Below are positions 1-11,271 of a stretch of 64,000 nt of DNA, in pieces. Location: the NCBI GenBank assembly GCA_001643675.2, contig LSRY02000036.1:1001638-1065637 (forward strand), in the 5' to 3' direction. Source of the stretch: Monocercomonoides exilis PA203. Its lineage: Eukaryota > Protista > Preaxostyla. Under the pieces are notes generated by a model. That model searched no databases. It saw only the letters and a list, made by a program, of their open reading frames with translations, and was not told where the DNA came from. Position numbers and translations under genes: made by a program. Every line of letters begins with the position of its first letter. Within the stretch, counting starts at the first letter, position 1.

Positions 1-386
1 TTGAAAGCATCATTATCATCTCCGCATGCTTCCTTAATGTCGGGAATTGAACAATAAAACATGTGAAAATAATCAAGCATTAAAGAAAGTGATTCTTTAA
101 CAACACAATCAGGAGTAAGCAAATCAGCTCCTAAAATGAAAAAAACTCCATCAATAACACGAATTGCTATTTTCATTTTTGTTGTTGTTATGAATGTTGG
201 TTTCCCAGTGTGCAAATATTCTCTAATAGTTGTCATGGTAAAAATAAAATCTACTCGAAGTAAAGCCTTGTCTTCGTCTTGCATATCAGTGGAGGGATCG
301 CTATAATGAAAAAATAATTCTGTGTGAACACGCTCATTTGCTCCTTTTGGAGGGGGAGTGAAAATAGCAAGATACAAAGGCTTCAT
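1..386 (-). CDS. N-terminal part of a CCZ1/HPS4/Intu-like first longin domain protein (runs off window start)
   Basis: Hand translation from ATG at 386 is open to position 1: MKPLYLAIFTPPPKGANERVHTELFFHYSDP...FITTTKMKIAIRVIDGVFFILGA...VKESLSLMLDYFHMFY. The strand/helix pattern resembles the CCZ1-type longin. Absent from the ORF track because the stop lies outside the window. Confidence 0.5.
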   Translation of the reverse strand, partial: MKPLYLAIFTPPPKGANERVHTELFFHYSDPSTDMQDEDKALLRVDFIFTMTTIREYLHTGKPTFITTTKMKIAIRVIDGVFFILGADLLTPDCVVKESLSLMLDYFHMFYCSIPDIKEACGDDNDAF

Positions 387-473
387 TTGTTTTGTTAAGG
401 TTATAATACCATAATAAAATAAAGAATAATCGTATTTTTGTAATTTAATTGTTTAATTTTTGCAAACATCTAC

Positions 474-1064
474 AATGTCCAGACAAAATTCATATGAAGT
501 TATTTGTAAAGAAATGAGTGGACTTATAACCGAGTATATGAATGAAAAACAGAAAATAGAGTACATTCGAAATCCAACATGGAAATCATTTGATTTATTT
601 GAAAATTTGCAAAACCTAACAATTGATCGACTTGAAAATAATATGAAGAAGCTGTGGGAAGAAATTATTTCGGAATCCAAAAATCTGGTATTAGTTTTTC
701 TTTTGATTATCGAAATTCAATTCATTATTTTCAGGAGCAAGCATATCAGCGATTACTGGTTCAACACAAAAAAGAAGACGGTTTTTCAAAAAAAAAAAAA
801 AAATTAGTTGTTTTTACTGTATTTTATTATTTTGTTTTTCACAACTATTTCACAAGATTGGAGACAAAATCTTATAAATGATCATGAAATGAGGAATCTA
901 ATTCTATCGGATCTCAAAGAGTGCTCCGATGCGGATGTATGATTCCTATCATCTTTCTTTTCCATAAATATTTCTTTCAGATTTTAACGGTATATTTGGC
1001 ATCATGGACTCTCAGTCCATACTTTCCTTTGTGAAAGCATAACGGAACGGGTCAGGCTCATGTA
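474..1064 (+). CDS. Small 4-exon protein, C-terminus resembles CINP
   Basis: Three short GT-AG introns (~688-734, ~781-856, ~937-980) join MSRQNSYE...SKNL/EQAYQRLLVQHKKED/WRQNLINDHEMRNLILSDLKECSDAD/ILTVYLASWTLSPYFPCESITERVRLM*. The D-x-L-x-x-YL-x-x-W-x-x-x-PY pattern recalls the CINP C-terminus. Confidence 0.4.
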
Positions 1065-1116
1065 AATACTTTCAGAGAAACAAAGTTATCAATAAATACT
1101 CTACGCATTCCTGATA

Positions 1117-2514
1117 TCATCCTTTGATACCGCGAAGAACTTCACGACATTGGATCCAGTGCCATTCTTTTTCTTCAGACTTCATTGAATCTTCTGCCAA
1201 CTCTATAATCTTAAAAGATAAGAGAAGAGCAGGAGAAGTCGCTGCGCTTATGGACGAAGACGGAGCATAAGAAGAACTTGAAGAAATTTCAGGCTCTTTT
1301 CCGCAAAAGTACATCACAAGACTTTCGCCTTTCTTCTTCTCTCTTATTGGCTTTTGGATTTTTTCTCTTCTTGCTGGAGTTGCTTGATATTCATGATAAG
1401 ACAATTCGTGTTCCTCTAAAAACTCATTCTCGCTAACTTCACTTGGCGCTTTGGATTCTTCTTCGCATTTTTCTTCTCCGTCTTCATTTTTATCTTCTTC
1501 GACACTCAATGATGTCTTTGCTAAATGCTTGGCTTTGATTGCATCATTATCATCCAACTTTTTGATTTGCTTTGCTCTTTCTTTCATTCTGTTGATCATA
1601 GCCTTCGTTCCTCCTTTTTCATCAGATTTTTTCTTCCTACTTTCATTCTGCGAGGTTGTGTGCAATGAGCATAATTCGGGATTGGATTGCTTCGAAAATT
1701 GAGTCTGTGACGCTGGATGAACAGCTGGTCGAAGAAGGCACTTTTTATCAAAAAATGTGAAATACTTCACAAAGAAATTTGAAGGTATCTCTCGCTTGGC
1801 AGAGCACAGTGCAAGAAGGTACATTTTTGTGACTTCTGAAATTTTTAATAGATATTTATATTTTTAAATTATTTGCTTCACAAAACAAATTTTCATTCAA
1901 ACTCGCTGTGGTTGGTAAAGATGTTGTTGCCTGAATCAAAAATAAAAGTGTTCTTCGTATACAATCCGAAATCTGCCCTTTTGTTGGTTTTTCTGTTGAA
2001 TAACTTTGAAAAAAGAAAATTGTGAAGAATCAAAATTATTGATGGCAAACTTTTGTTGAAAAATAAATGTAAATCTTTCTCTAATTGTCATAATGCTTGG
2101 ACCAAAACATAAAGCAACACAAGGAATTTGCTGGGACACATCGTTTTGTTTTGTTTGATCAACACCAAAAAGTGAATCAATCGAAGAAAGCATTGAAGAA
2201 ATGCTCTCGAGAAACTGCAATTAGAAAAATGTTATTACACAAAAAACAAAAAATAAAATAAAACCTTATTGTATTGTCTCAGTTTATGTGAAGTTCTGGA
2301 AAATAAATTCTAAAGAAAAATGAGATTTTTCAAAAAGAAAATAATCAATTTTCTTTATTCAAACTAATTGTTTCTTCATTTCTTCAACAGGTGAAGGAAT
2401 TTGTTGTCTAATGAACAATAGATTTAATAAGCATTCTTTTAGAATAGCAGCGCATATATCATGAGAAAGTGGAATCTTAAAATGAATAGGTAAATCAATT
2501 GTAAGATTTTCCAT
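1117..2514 (-). CDS. MAD2L1BP: p31comet / MAD2L1-binding protein-like HORMA protein (multi-exon)
   Basis: First exon MENLTIDLPIHF...ILKECLLNLLFIRQQIPSPVEEMKKQL carries the HORMA 'L-[YF]-x-R-QQ-x-P' motif. The middle exon has FLESISSMLSSIDSLF...VALCFGPSIMTIRERFTF. The C-terminus EWHWIQCREVLRGIKG matches the p31comet terminal 'W-F-Q...K-G-F' pattern. Confidence 0.7.
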
Positions 2515-2687
2515 TTGAATTTTTTTTTTCTGTATTCAAGTGTTCGATTTAATTTAATGTATGAAATGCGGGAATTATTTTATGTAACTTTCAAATTAGC
2601 ACACAAATTACAAATAATAACACAACGATCCCAATAATCAATAATTTTATTTAAAATATTAGGGGTACAAAATTTAACAATTTTAAG

Positions 2688-5097
2688 ATGGCTTCTGAGG
2701 AGCGAAAAGGAATGGAAAATGTCCGCAAATATTTTGCAGGAATTGAAGACGTATTGGACTCTGGTACTATGGAAGAAGAAGGTTTTAACTTTCTTGATTT
2801 GTGAAGAATTAACGAGTTTTTTAATAGATCGATATATTCTGCTTGAAAACGTTTTTAGTGAAATGAAGGAAAAAGAAGTCAGATATATATGTGATCCTTA
2901 TTGCAGTAGAGTTCTCGAAAAACTCCTTAAGCTTGCTTCAGAGAAGCAATTGAGACGTTTTTTCCAAAATATAATTCCTTTGTTTGCAAAACATTGACAA
3001 ATATTTTTGATAATATTTATCTTATCAATATTCAGCACTCATAAAATAATATACAACCATAACGCATCGAATGTTGTGGAACTTCTTTTGACACAAGCTT
3101 TCAATTATTCTGACAATGTTCAAGAATCAGAAGCTGCTGATGATGAGGAGCCAATACAATCTCTCCGTGAATTAGTTTCTTCGTTTATTGGAGTTTGAAG
3201 CTTCTTCTTCTCTTTCTTTTTTTATAGAATGTTTTTTGCTGATAACTAACTTTTGAAGCATATTCGTGATCACATGTGGGACGTGATGTCCGATGTTTAT
3301 TCAAATCACGTTTTCAGAACTTTTCTTGTATGTCTTGCTGGATGTAAATACGAAAAACCAAAGGGGAAAGATTCGCATGCTCGTTCTAGTCGAAAGAGCG
3401 CTGAAAAGCAGATTGTTGCTGTATGATGTTCTTAGTCAGTTGAGAATATTAAAAACCATCTAATTTATTTCTTTCATTTATTTTTTGTTTTTTTATTTGA
3501 TATTCGCTTCAATAGCATAAACCACTTCCATTTCCAGCTTTGTGGGATCAGATTGTGCAACTTCTTATTGGATTGCCTCATCTGCAGATGAATACAGTCA
3601 GTACATTGTGTCACTATATTGTATCTCTTGTTTATCAAGACTTCTTTCAAATTGTTGCAGCATTGAGAAATTATGTGAAGTGCAAGGGAATAATGAAAAG
3701 CTCCTCATCAGCTCCGTCTTTGGCATCTAACTTATTTAACAAAGACGGTTTGTGTCTCAATTAACTATATTTTTGCCTTTCCTTTTCACTTCTATTTCTT
3801 TTATATTGTTACCGTTTCATGTTATTTAAATTTTTGATATTCTTTTTATCATTTTCTTTTTATTCCCTTCATTCAGAATGTGTTCCAATGAGTGCTCTTT
3901 CATCGGTGAGACAGGCTGCTCTTCGAGAGATCGATTATGAGGATATGCTGAAAAGAGTATTGGGCAAGGTTTATTCAACATCTCCGATCTGCAATGAAGA
4001 GAATGATAATAAAGGGGAAAATGAAATGAAGGATAATGATGATGATGAAGAGGAAGAGGAAGAAAGGGAGGAGGAAGAAGAGGAAGAGGAAGAAGAGGAA
4101 GAGGAAGAGAAGGAAAAAAGAGTTAAAAAACAAAAATTAGAAAAAACAAAGAGTGAAAAGAAAAAGAAAGATTCCAAAGAAGATGATGAAAATGAATTAA
4201 AAGAAAAAAAGAGCAAAGAAGAAGACGAAGATAAGGAAGAGGAGGAGGAAGAGGAAGAGGAAGAAGAAGAAGAAGAAGAAGAAGAAAGTGAGTCATTTGA
4301 GCATATGTCACAGCCTCAGCGCATGTCACTTCCATCTCTTGAAAACATATCCTCTCCGATGTATTCTTTGATGCTGGACACAATTGGCTCTCGTGTGGTC
4401 GAAGTGATCATTCGAGGGATGGAAGAGCAGACGCTGCGCGGATTCATCTCCACACACAAAATTGATGAGTATTTGATTCCTCTTTCACTGCATTATTCTG
4501 CGAACCATGTTGTGCAGACGATTATGACTGTTGTGAATGATCCGTTTTTGGGCACAGAAATTGTCGATATGCTTTTGAATGAGCTGGAACTGCTTGTGAA
4601 AGGTGCTCCTTTCGAAGAGAAAAGTGCAACAGAAGAAAAACAGGGGAAGGGTGAGAAAAGATTGAAAGGAGATGGAGAAGAAGAAAAAGAAAGCGAAGGA
4701 CAGTCTGAGAAGGATTCGAAAGAAAGTGAGCAGAGCGAATATGGAAATGAGAATGAAAGCTATGCGAATGATGGGGGGATGAAGACAGGAGTCATATTGG
4801 AGTTGTTCAAAATGTGTCAGCGGTTTCATTACAAACAGAAAGAGATTTTGAAGAGCATGAAGAACATTTTGTGTCCAAAGGGGCAAAAAGAAATTGAAGA
4901 CGAGGCAGAAAATGAAAGCAGCGAAAATGATGAAGTGGAAAGTGAAGAAAACGAAAAAAAATTGAAAAAAGGAACTGAAAAAGAGAATAAAGACAAACAA
5001 AAAAAAGAAGAAAAAGATGGAGATGAAGATCTAACTCCAAAGAAAAGACGTCGATCAGAAGCTGCAGCATCATCTTCCAATTCTTCTTCTTCTTCTT

Positions 5098-5132
<35 letters not shown>

Positions 5133-6277
5133 GTTACTCCAAATTCATCGAATCCTCCTTTGTATGCCTTCTTCCTGCAGCTAATCCAACTTGGACTGAC
5201 ACCATCTTCTCTGTTTTCTGAGATGATTCCTCAGTTTGTGCTGTTCAACAACGATCTGATTGAGGCAGACAGAAAAATGAGTTTAAAAGAGAAAAAGCTT
5301 CAGGAATCGAAGAGTGGCTCATCAGCCTCAACTGCACAGAAGTCGAAAAAAGAGAAAAAAAAGCAAGGAAAAGACTCGAAAGAAGCAAAGCAAAACAGCT
5401 CAAAAGAAGAAAAAGAGGAAGATATCGACATTTCTGCAGACATTCCCATTCCGCCACTTGCTGTGTCATACTACGGATGCCAAATCTGCTCTGTCATCAC
5501 CCAATTTGAGTCTGCCCCGTCTCAGCTCTTCTTCGCCTCTCTTTTTTCGCTAAACAAATGTGCTTCTTTGACCCTTTCGTATCATCCAGTGGGATGCCAT
5601 TTTGTGCAGTCTCTTCTGCGCAGCGAGGCAATCACTCGAAAGAGGAAGGCTGAATGGCTTGTGTGTGTGTGCTCGAATGCTGAGAATCTTGCACGTGACA
5701 AGTATGGCAGCAGAGTCGTTGAAGCAAGCTACGAAATTGGAAGCCAATGGATAAAAGTGTGTGAATTTGTGTGAGTGAGTTTTACAGTTAGAATTTGCTT
5801 CAACAATTTTTCCTTTTTTTTTTCCTTTAACATTTAATATTATCATTTGAATATTTTTATTTTCTTCTTTTGTTAGGAACAAATCTGCCGTCGGCTGATG
5901 GAAAACTCAAAAGATGTGACTGCATCTCCGATTGGCCGCATTGTGTTTAACAAATGCGAAGTGCATCTTTTCTGGCATCAGGTCTGATTATTAAGTTTTT
6001 CAAGTCTTTTATTTTTCATTTTTTGAATGGATTTTTATCTTCATTTTATCCTGTTGAATGTGATATGTGAATGCAGAATAATGAGTGGAGAAAGCGCATC
6101 ATGCAAAGAGAAAAGGCAAAGGAATTGTTTACTTCTGATAAATCTCCTTCCAACAAAGCCACAAATAAAAAACAGAATTCAGGAAAGAAAACAGAAGGAA
6201 AACAGAAAAACATCAGCAATCCAAAGCAAAGATTTCCAAATAAGAAGCAGAATCGTAGAGAGAACAAAAAAAGATGA
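2688..6277 (+). CDS. NOP9: Nucleolar protein 9 (Pumilio/PUF-repeat 18S maturation factor), multi-exon, with long acidic/basic insertions
   Basis: N-terminus VRKYFAGIEDVL...LLENVFSEMKEKEVRYICDPYCSRVLEKLL. PUF-like repeats: ASNVVELLL, YSNHVFRTFL, IGSRVVEVII, SANHVVQTIM, GCHFVQSLL, DKYGSRVVE. GT-AG introns lie between the ORF-track segments. Confidence 0.85.
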
Positions 6278-6911
6278 TTCAAAGACACACTTCAATGTTA
6301 ATATAAGCACTTCACGGTAATGTTGTTACAGTTGGTTTTGGAATGTTAAAAATACACCGCAATTTGTTTATTAATCTTCTCTTTTTCCATGATTTTTTTT
6401 TCATGACTTTTTCTCGAACATTCTTCACTTCAAAAAAAGTTGTTGGAGAGGTGGGAAAATCGCGGGAAAAGTGAAGACAGACAAGAAAAATTGAAAACTT
6501 TATGTTTTTGATAATTTTCATCATTTTTTATTAAGATTTGTCAAAACTCATTCAGAAAGCCAAAAGGAATTCTGCAAACAATATACAAATAAATGATAAT
6601 ATAATAGAAGATAAAATATTTGCTAGGAATCGTTAAACACATTTCGTGTTGAAGCAACGAAATATCAAACATAATTTCGGAAAAAAAAATGTGAATATTC
6701 AGATTGATGAAATCGAATTAGAAAGCTGAAGACGAAAGCTGAATGGGATTTTTCGTTCAGAAAATTGCACAATTTCAAGGAACATAATTTAAGGATGGCA
6801 AATGAAGTGCATAATCTCATCTCTCAAATACTACACAAAAACTTATTGAAGAAGAATTTATAAGAACACAAATTGAATGAATAAGTTGATATGTGCAAAG
6901 CATAAGTTCAT

Positions 6912-8027
6912 TCAAGAAATTGATATCAACCCAACAAGCAAAACAATCAACCCCACCCACATTTTTTTCCATGCGACGCATATAATTCCTGCACTCTTCT
7001 GCTCAGCAATAAGAGGAAAAAACCACGCTGTAATGTTTGAGCCTGTGCTCATTCTGTCAACAGCTCCAACACGAAAGACATGACCGATATCATCGCCAAG
7101 CCTTGTTGAAAGCATCTTCTCAGATTTAACGAGCCAGAACTCGTCGCCTGGCTTTTCTTCGCGCGGAGAGCGCACACCCCAGCCCATAAGAGTCAGCACG
7201 TAAGGAACCTTATCTTCTGTTGTTTCTGCTGAGACTAAAACTGATGAGTCCTCGTCGAATTTTTCAGCAAAATCAAACCAATCCTTGAATGGTATTTCCA
7301 TTGTTATAATGCAGTGCCCGTATGCAAGCATCAAATCTTTGATAACGTCCGCAGGCTGATTAACAACTTTTAACATCGCATATTTGTTTTTAAAAAATAA
7401 TTCGAATTGATCACTATTTGTGCATTTTGCAGGGCATTCTTCAGTTACACTCAAAGTTGAAGAATAACAGGTATCTTCCACAAATCCATTCTTTATTGCT
7501 AGTGGAAGAGCTGATGGTGTAATGTGGTCGCATTTATCAGAAGGTCGATGACGAGTCCCTTCGTCATTGTTATAGAGACCAACACATGATAATGAGTGAC
7601 TTATTGAAATTGAATGATTACTACGATCATCCAAATACATGTTCAATCCAAGCGCATCATAAAATGATCTAACTCCTTCTGAAACATCGTCCCAGTCACA
7701 ATTCTTGGATGCATCCTCGTAAGATATCTTATACTGTTTTAAATTTGACAGTCTAGCTTCAGGGATCAAAGTAAAGTTTTGAGAAAGTGGTCTTGGATTA
7801 TCGTATGATAGACAATAGTTCGATATCATTTCTATTGTCGTATTCTTATAAGACACAAAATTCGAATCATTGACTGAATAAAAATAGTAGCCCTTTTCCA
7901 AAGCAGCTTGAGGCTTCCTTTCTAAATGTGTGTGCAAGCCTTTTGCCGATAAATTCTTAGCTTCAATGGTATCATTGCTAATTTCGCAAAGCGCCAAATA
8001 AATGGAAAGCAAAATATTAAAAATCAT
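6912..8027 (-). CDS. Papain-fold (C1A/cathepsin B-like) protein lacking catalytic residues; signal peptide and C-terminal hydrophobic anchor
   Basis: Likely start MIFNILLSIYLALC (ATG at 8027). C1A-like blocks: ISISHSLSC, GFVEDTCY..CPAKC, IKDLMLAYG, VLTLMGWG, FWLVKS. Hydrophobic tail MWVGLIVLLVGLISIS. Confidence 0.65.
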   Translation of the reverse strand: MIFNILLSIYLALCEISNDTIEAKNLSAKGLHTHLERKPQAALEKGYYFYSVNDSNFVSYKNTTIEMISNYCLSYDNPRPLSQNFTLIPEARLSNLKQYKISYEDASKNCDWDDVSEGVRSFYDALGLNMYLDDRSNHSISISHSLSCVGLYNNDEGTRHRPSDKCDHITPSALPLAIKNGFVEDTCYSSTLSVTEECPAKCTNSDQFELFFKNKYAMLKVVNQPADVIKDLMLAYGHCIITMEIPFKDWFDFAEKFDEDSSVLVSAETTEDKVPYVLTLMGWGVRSPREEKPGDEFWLVKSEKMLSTRLGDDIGHVFRVGAVDRMSTGSNITAWFFPLIAEQKSAGIICVAWKKMWVGLIVLLVGLISIS

Positions 8028-8094
8028 CTCTTTATCATAAGTATTTGCGTTTGGGAGTAATGATCTTTTATTTTTTTTTTCAATTAACAGCTGC

Positions 8095-10671
8095 ATGATG
8101 ACAATTTTATTGTTGCTATTTTGGATTACAATAAATTGTTTATTTTACACGGGGATGGAGGAAGGAGTTCGACTTCCAACTATTATTGATTGCCCACAAA
8201 CAAAATGCGCATCTTCTTCACATGTTTTTGATGTTACTAACGCTTCTCTGACAATAACATCGATCTCCATGAGCAATATCTATAATTTTCATCTTTTTTC
8301 TTTGTCTAATGCTAGTAAACTTTACTTATTTTCATGCTTTCTCAATGGAAATTATTCAGATAATTCTATTTTTCTTCAAAAAGATTCGGAGATTATTCTG
8401 AATCAAGTATCTGTTAATCATAAAAACAAAAATTTCATAACACATATTGTTGAGTCACCTAGTAAATTGGGTTCTATTTCTATGGCACATATGATTTTTT
8501 CCGACTGTTGTACAATAGGGGATTTACCATTGCTTGGCAATGAATATAATGTTAATGTTTCGATAGACAACTGTCAATTTAGTAATATATCGAGTAAGGT
8601 TCCTTTTTATTACATGGATCTTAAGCATGATTTATCAAAATGCGTAATTCAGCATTCTTCATTTTGCAATTGCGAAGATACTCTAAGGTCATCAATTGTT
8701 TGCTTTGAAGGCTACAAAGAATTTAAAAGTGTAAATTGCTCATATGAATATATCCGAACAAAGGATAGCTTTTGGAAACGTAATAAATCTAAAATGAAAA
8801 ATCAAACATATGTGAGCTCTCAAAATATACGAGAATCAGCTGAATTTTCAAATTGCATGTTTTTGCGTTGTACGGCACGCAATGGAGGAGCCATTCGCAT
8901 CATGAGCAGAGATTCTTATCTCACTATTATTAGCTGCAAATTTGATGAATGCTCTGCTGATGAACTTTGTGGAGTCATTTGTGCTGTTTCGTCAAGTGGA
9001 ACGTATACTCCGTTTTGGGTTAAAATTGAAGACACAAGCATGTGCAACTGCTCTGCGCAATCGTGGGGAGGAATTGGAATTGCAGGAACTTTATTACTGC
9101 AGAAAGTGAAAGCGGAGAATATTAGTGCTTATGATACAGGATTCGTACTGTATGATCCAGTCGTGCAAGATGTCACATGGACAGAAGTGACTGCTTCAAA
9201 ATGCTCTTCAAATGGGACGAGTCGCTATGAAGGCGATGGCGGCTGCTTTTACATCGAGCAAATAGATCACAGTATTTTCCTTAAAAATAGCTCGTTTTCG
9301 TTCAACTATGCAGCTAACCGGGGCGGAGCATTTCTCTTTGCTTATTCTGCAAATGCCTCGGTGCAATTCACATTTTGCCGCTTTGTGTCGAATGCGGCAG
9401 ATGGGAAGCTGAATTACGGCAGCAGCAAAGCAAATGGTAAGGCGATGGAGATATTCGATGCAATGGCTGACAGAAAAAGAGGCGAGCTCGGAAAAATGAG
9501 CATGGAAGCTGAGCAGAGTCGGAACATTGTTCTATCAGCAGCCAGCGAAAGTGGAAACGACATCTTTTGCACGCAGCAGGTGGCGTCTCTGCTGTCTGCA
9601 TCGTCTTTCGAGAATTGCTCCTCGAACAGCAGCAGCCCACTTGTGTTTGTCGAGGCAAGAGGCGCCTTCGACAGCTGGATAACAGACAGCAACAGCAGCA
9701 AGAACGGCAGCAAGACAAACGACCCATACAAAAGCTTTGATTTCTTCCTGCAGTTTCTTTCGATAATCATATCAGTCTGTATGGTTATGGGTGTTGCGGT
9801 CTTTTGCTGCTATGCCTGCAAAAAATTTTCGAAAAGAAAAAGAGCAAACGAGGATGATGAAGAAGATGGAGCCCAGAGAGAAAGGAACGGAAGACGCACT
9901 CAAAGGAATCGCGGCAGAAGAGTGAATTATTCTGAAGAAATGACTTCTGCCAATGAGCATGTGAATATTCCTTCGATGGCTGTTCTGCCTCCTTATTCTG
10001 TAGCCACTCAGATGGATGGCGAAGTGGCTATTCCGGCAGAGCTGCCGGCTGCTGAGCAAAATGAGAATGCTTCCCAAACAGAAATTCCAGCCATCCTGTT
10101 ATCTCCTCCGTCATCAACTGCCTCAGCCTCAGCGTCTGTTTCTTCACTTTCTCCTAATCACACAGATCACACTTCATTCCAGTCACAATACCCATCAACA
10201 ACACCCTCGCCATCAGCGATGTCGAGTTCTCAAGCTCAGCATCCACCTTCTTCTCTTCCTTCGAACGTTCCTGCTTCTTATCCAGCTGTTGCTTCAGACA
10301 GCGAGAATGCTTTGTATGAAGTGGTGAACAATGCTCTCCCTTCACCTTCACTTTGTGTGACTTCTACTTTTCCTTTGTTTCCTTGTCCTCAGAATGCCTC
10401 TTCCTCTTCCTCTTCCTCTTCTTCTTCTTCTGATGGATTGTCCAGTTATGGTGCTTCTTCCTCTCACAGTTTGAGCGAGGCTGGTCATTCAGCTTCTGCA
10501 AGCGCATCAACAAGCATGTATGAAATGCCCCTTGCCAGTCAATATTCGTCCTCAGCAGTCGCTGTTCGCTCAGATTCTTCAGAAGAATATTCTCCAAATG
10601 CTGCATCTGCTTCAGATGGACTCAATATTTATTCAGGCATCAAAAATTCGCCAGAAGAGATCATCATGTAA
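8095..10671 (+). CDS. Type I membrane protein with right-handed beta-helix (pectin-lyase/Pmp-like) ectodomain and Ser/Pro-rich cytoplasmic tail
   Basis: 858-aa ORF with N-terminal signal. GGA-type repeats (NGGAI, DGGCFYI, RGGAF, FVSN), TM segment FFLQFLSIIISVCMVMGVAVFCCYAC, basic stop-transfer residues, then LPPYS. Confidence 0.8.
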   Translation: MMTILLLLFWITINCLFYTGMEEGVRLPTIIDCPQTKCASSSHVFDVTNASLTITSISMSNIYNFHLFSLSNASKLYLFSCFLNGNYSDNSIFLQKDSEIILNQVSVNHKNKNFITHIVESPSKLGSISMAHMIFSDCCTIGDLPLLGNEYNVNVSIDNCQFSNISSKVPFYYMDLKHDLSKCVIQHSSFCNCEDTLRSSIVCFEGYKEFKSVNCSYEYIRTKDSFWKRNKSKMKNQTYVSSQNIRESAEFSNCMFLRCTARNGGAIRIMSRDSYLTIISCKFDECSADELCGVICAVSSSGTYTPFWVKIEDTSMCNCSAQSWGGIGIAGTLLLQKVKAENISAYDTGFVLYDPVVQDVTWTEVTASKCSSNGTSRYEGDGGCFYIEQIDHSIFLKNSSFSFNYAANRGGAFLFAYSANASVQFTFCRFVSNAADGKLNYGSSKANGKAMEIFDAMADRKRGELGKMSMEAEQSRNIVLSAASESGNDIFCTQQVASLLSASSFENCSSNSSSPLVFVEARGAFDSWITDSNSSKNGSKTNDPYKSFDFFLQFLSIIISVCMVMGVAVFCCYACKKFSKRKRANEDDEEDGAQRERNGRRTQRNRGRRVNYSEEMTSANEHVNIPSMAVLPPYSVATQMDGEVAIPAELPAAEQNENASQTEIPAILLSPPSSTASASASVSSLSPNHTDHTSFQSQYPSTTPSPSAMSSSQAQHPPSSLPSNVPASYPAVASDSENALYEVVNNALPSPSLCVTSTFPLFPCPQNASSSSSSSSSSSDGLSSYGASSSHSLSEAGHSASASASTSMYEMPLASQYSSSAVAVRSDSSEEYSPNAASASDGLNIYSGIKNSPEEIIM

Positions 10672-11271
10672 GGAAGTGAATGCACATTCTAGTGAACATG
10701 ATTTTTGTTTTTTTCATGAGAATTGCCTTTTGTGGTGATTTGATGGTTGATTTAATGTTTGTTATTTTTTTTTTATGAAAAAATGTGTTTTCATCAAGAA
10801 TCTTTCTTTTTTTATTATATTTTGTGATTCCTTTGTGCAATCTATATTATTTGAATATTTACAATGTATTTGTTCGTTTTTTTGTTGAATCTTTTTGGTT
10901 TTTCCATTTCAGTAAATCAACATTTCCAATTAGAAATTTAATTCAATGTTTTGATTTGCTTTGACAAGTGAAGTTGTTTTATCAGAGTGATGATGTTGAG
11001 AACATAGAAATTGACATTTCTTTCGCTCTGAATTTTTGTTCCTTTTCTTTTTGTAAAATTTCATCATTTTGATTTGTCACATAATTCTTTTAAGCAATTT
11101 ATTATTTATCTCAAAATGAAATATTGCAAATCCTAACCCCTTTCCCTATTATGAATTTTAAGTTATTCGTTTCTTTGCTAATATTTTATTTTATAACTAT
11201 TTTTGATTTTGAAATATACACCAAAAATAATTCAAATTCGAAAAAAAATAATTCGAATTCGGAAATTAATA

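Noticed and set aside
3971-5553. Antisense and alternate-frame ORFs over NOP9 (likewise over 8095-10671, 23707-27854 and 46054-48657)
   Set aside because: Shadow ORFs from low-complexity GAA/TCT-rich coding sequence.
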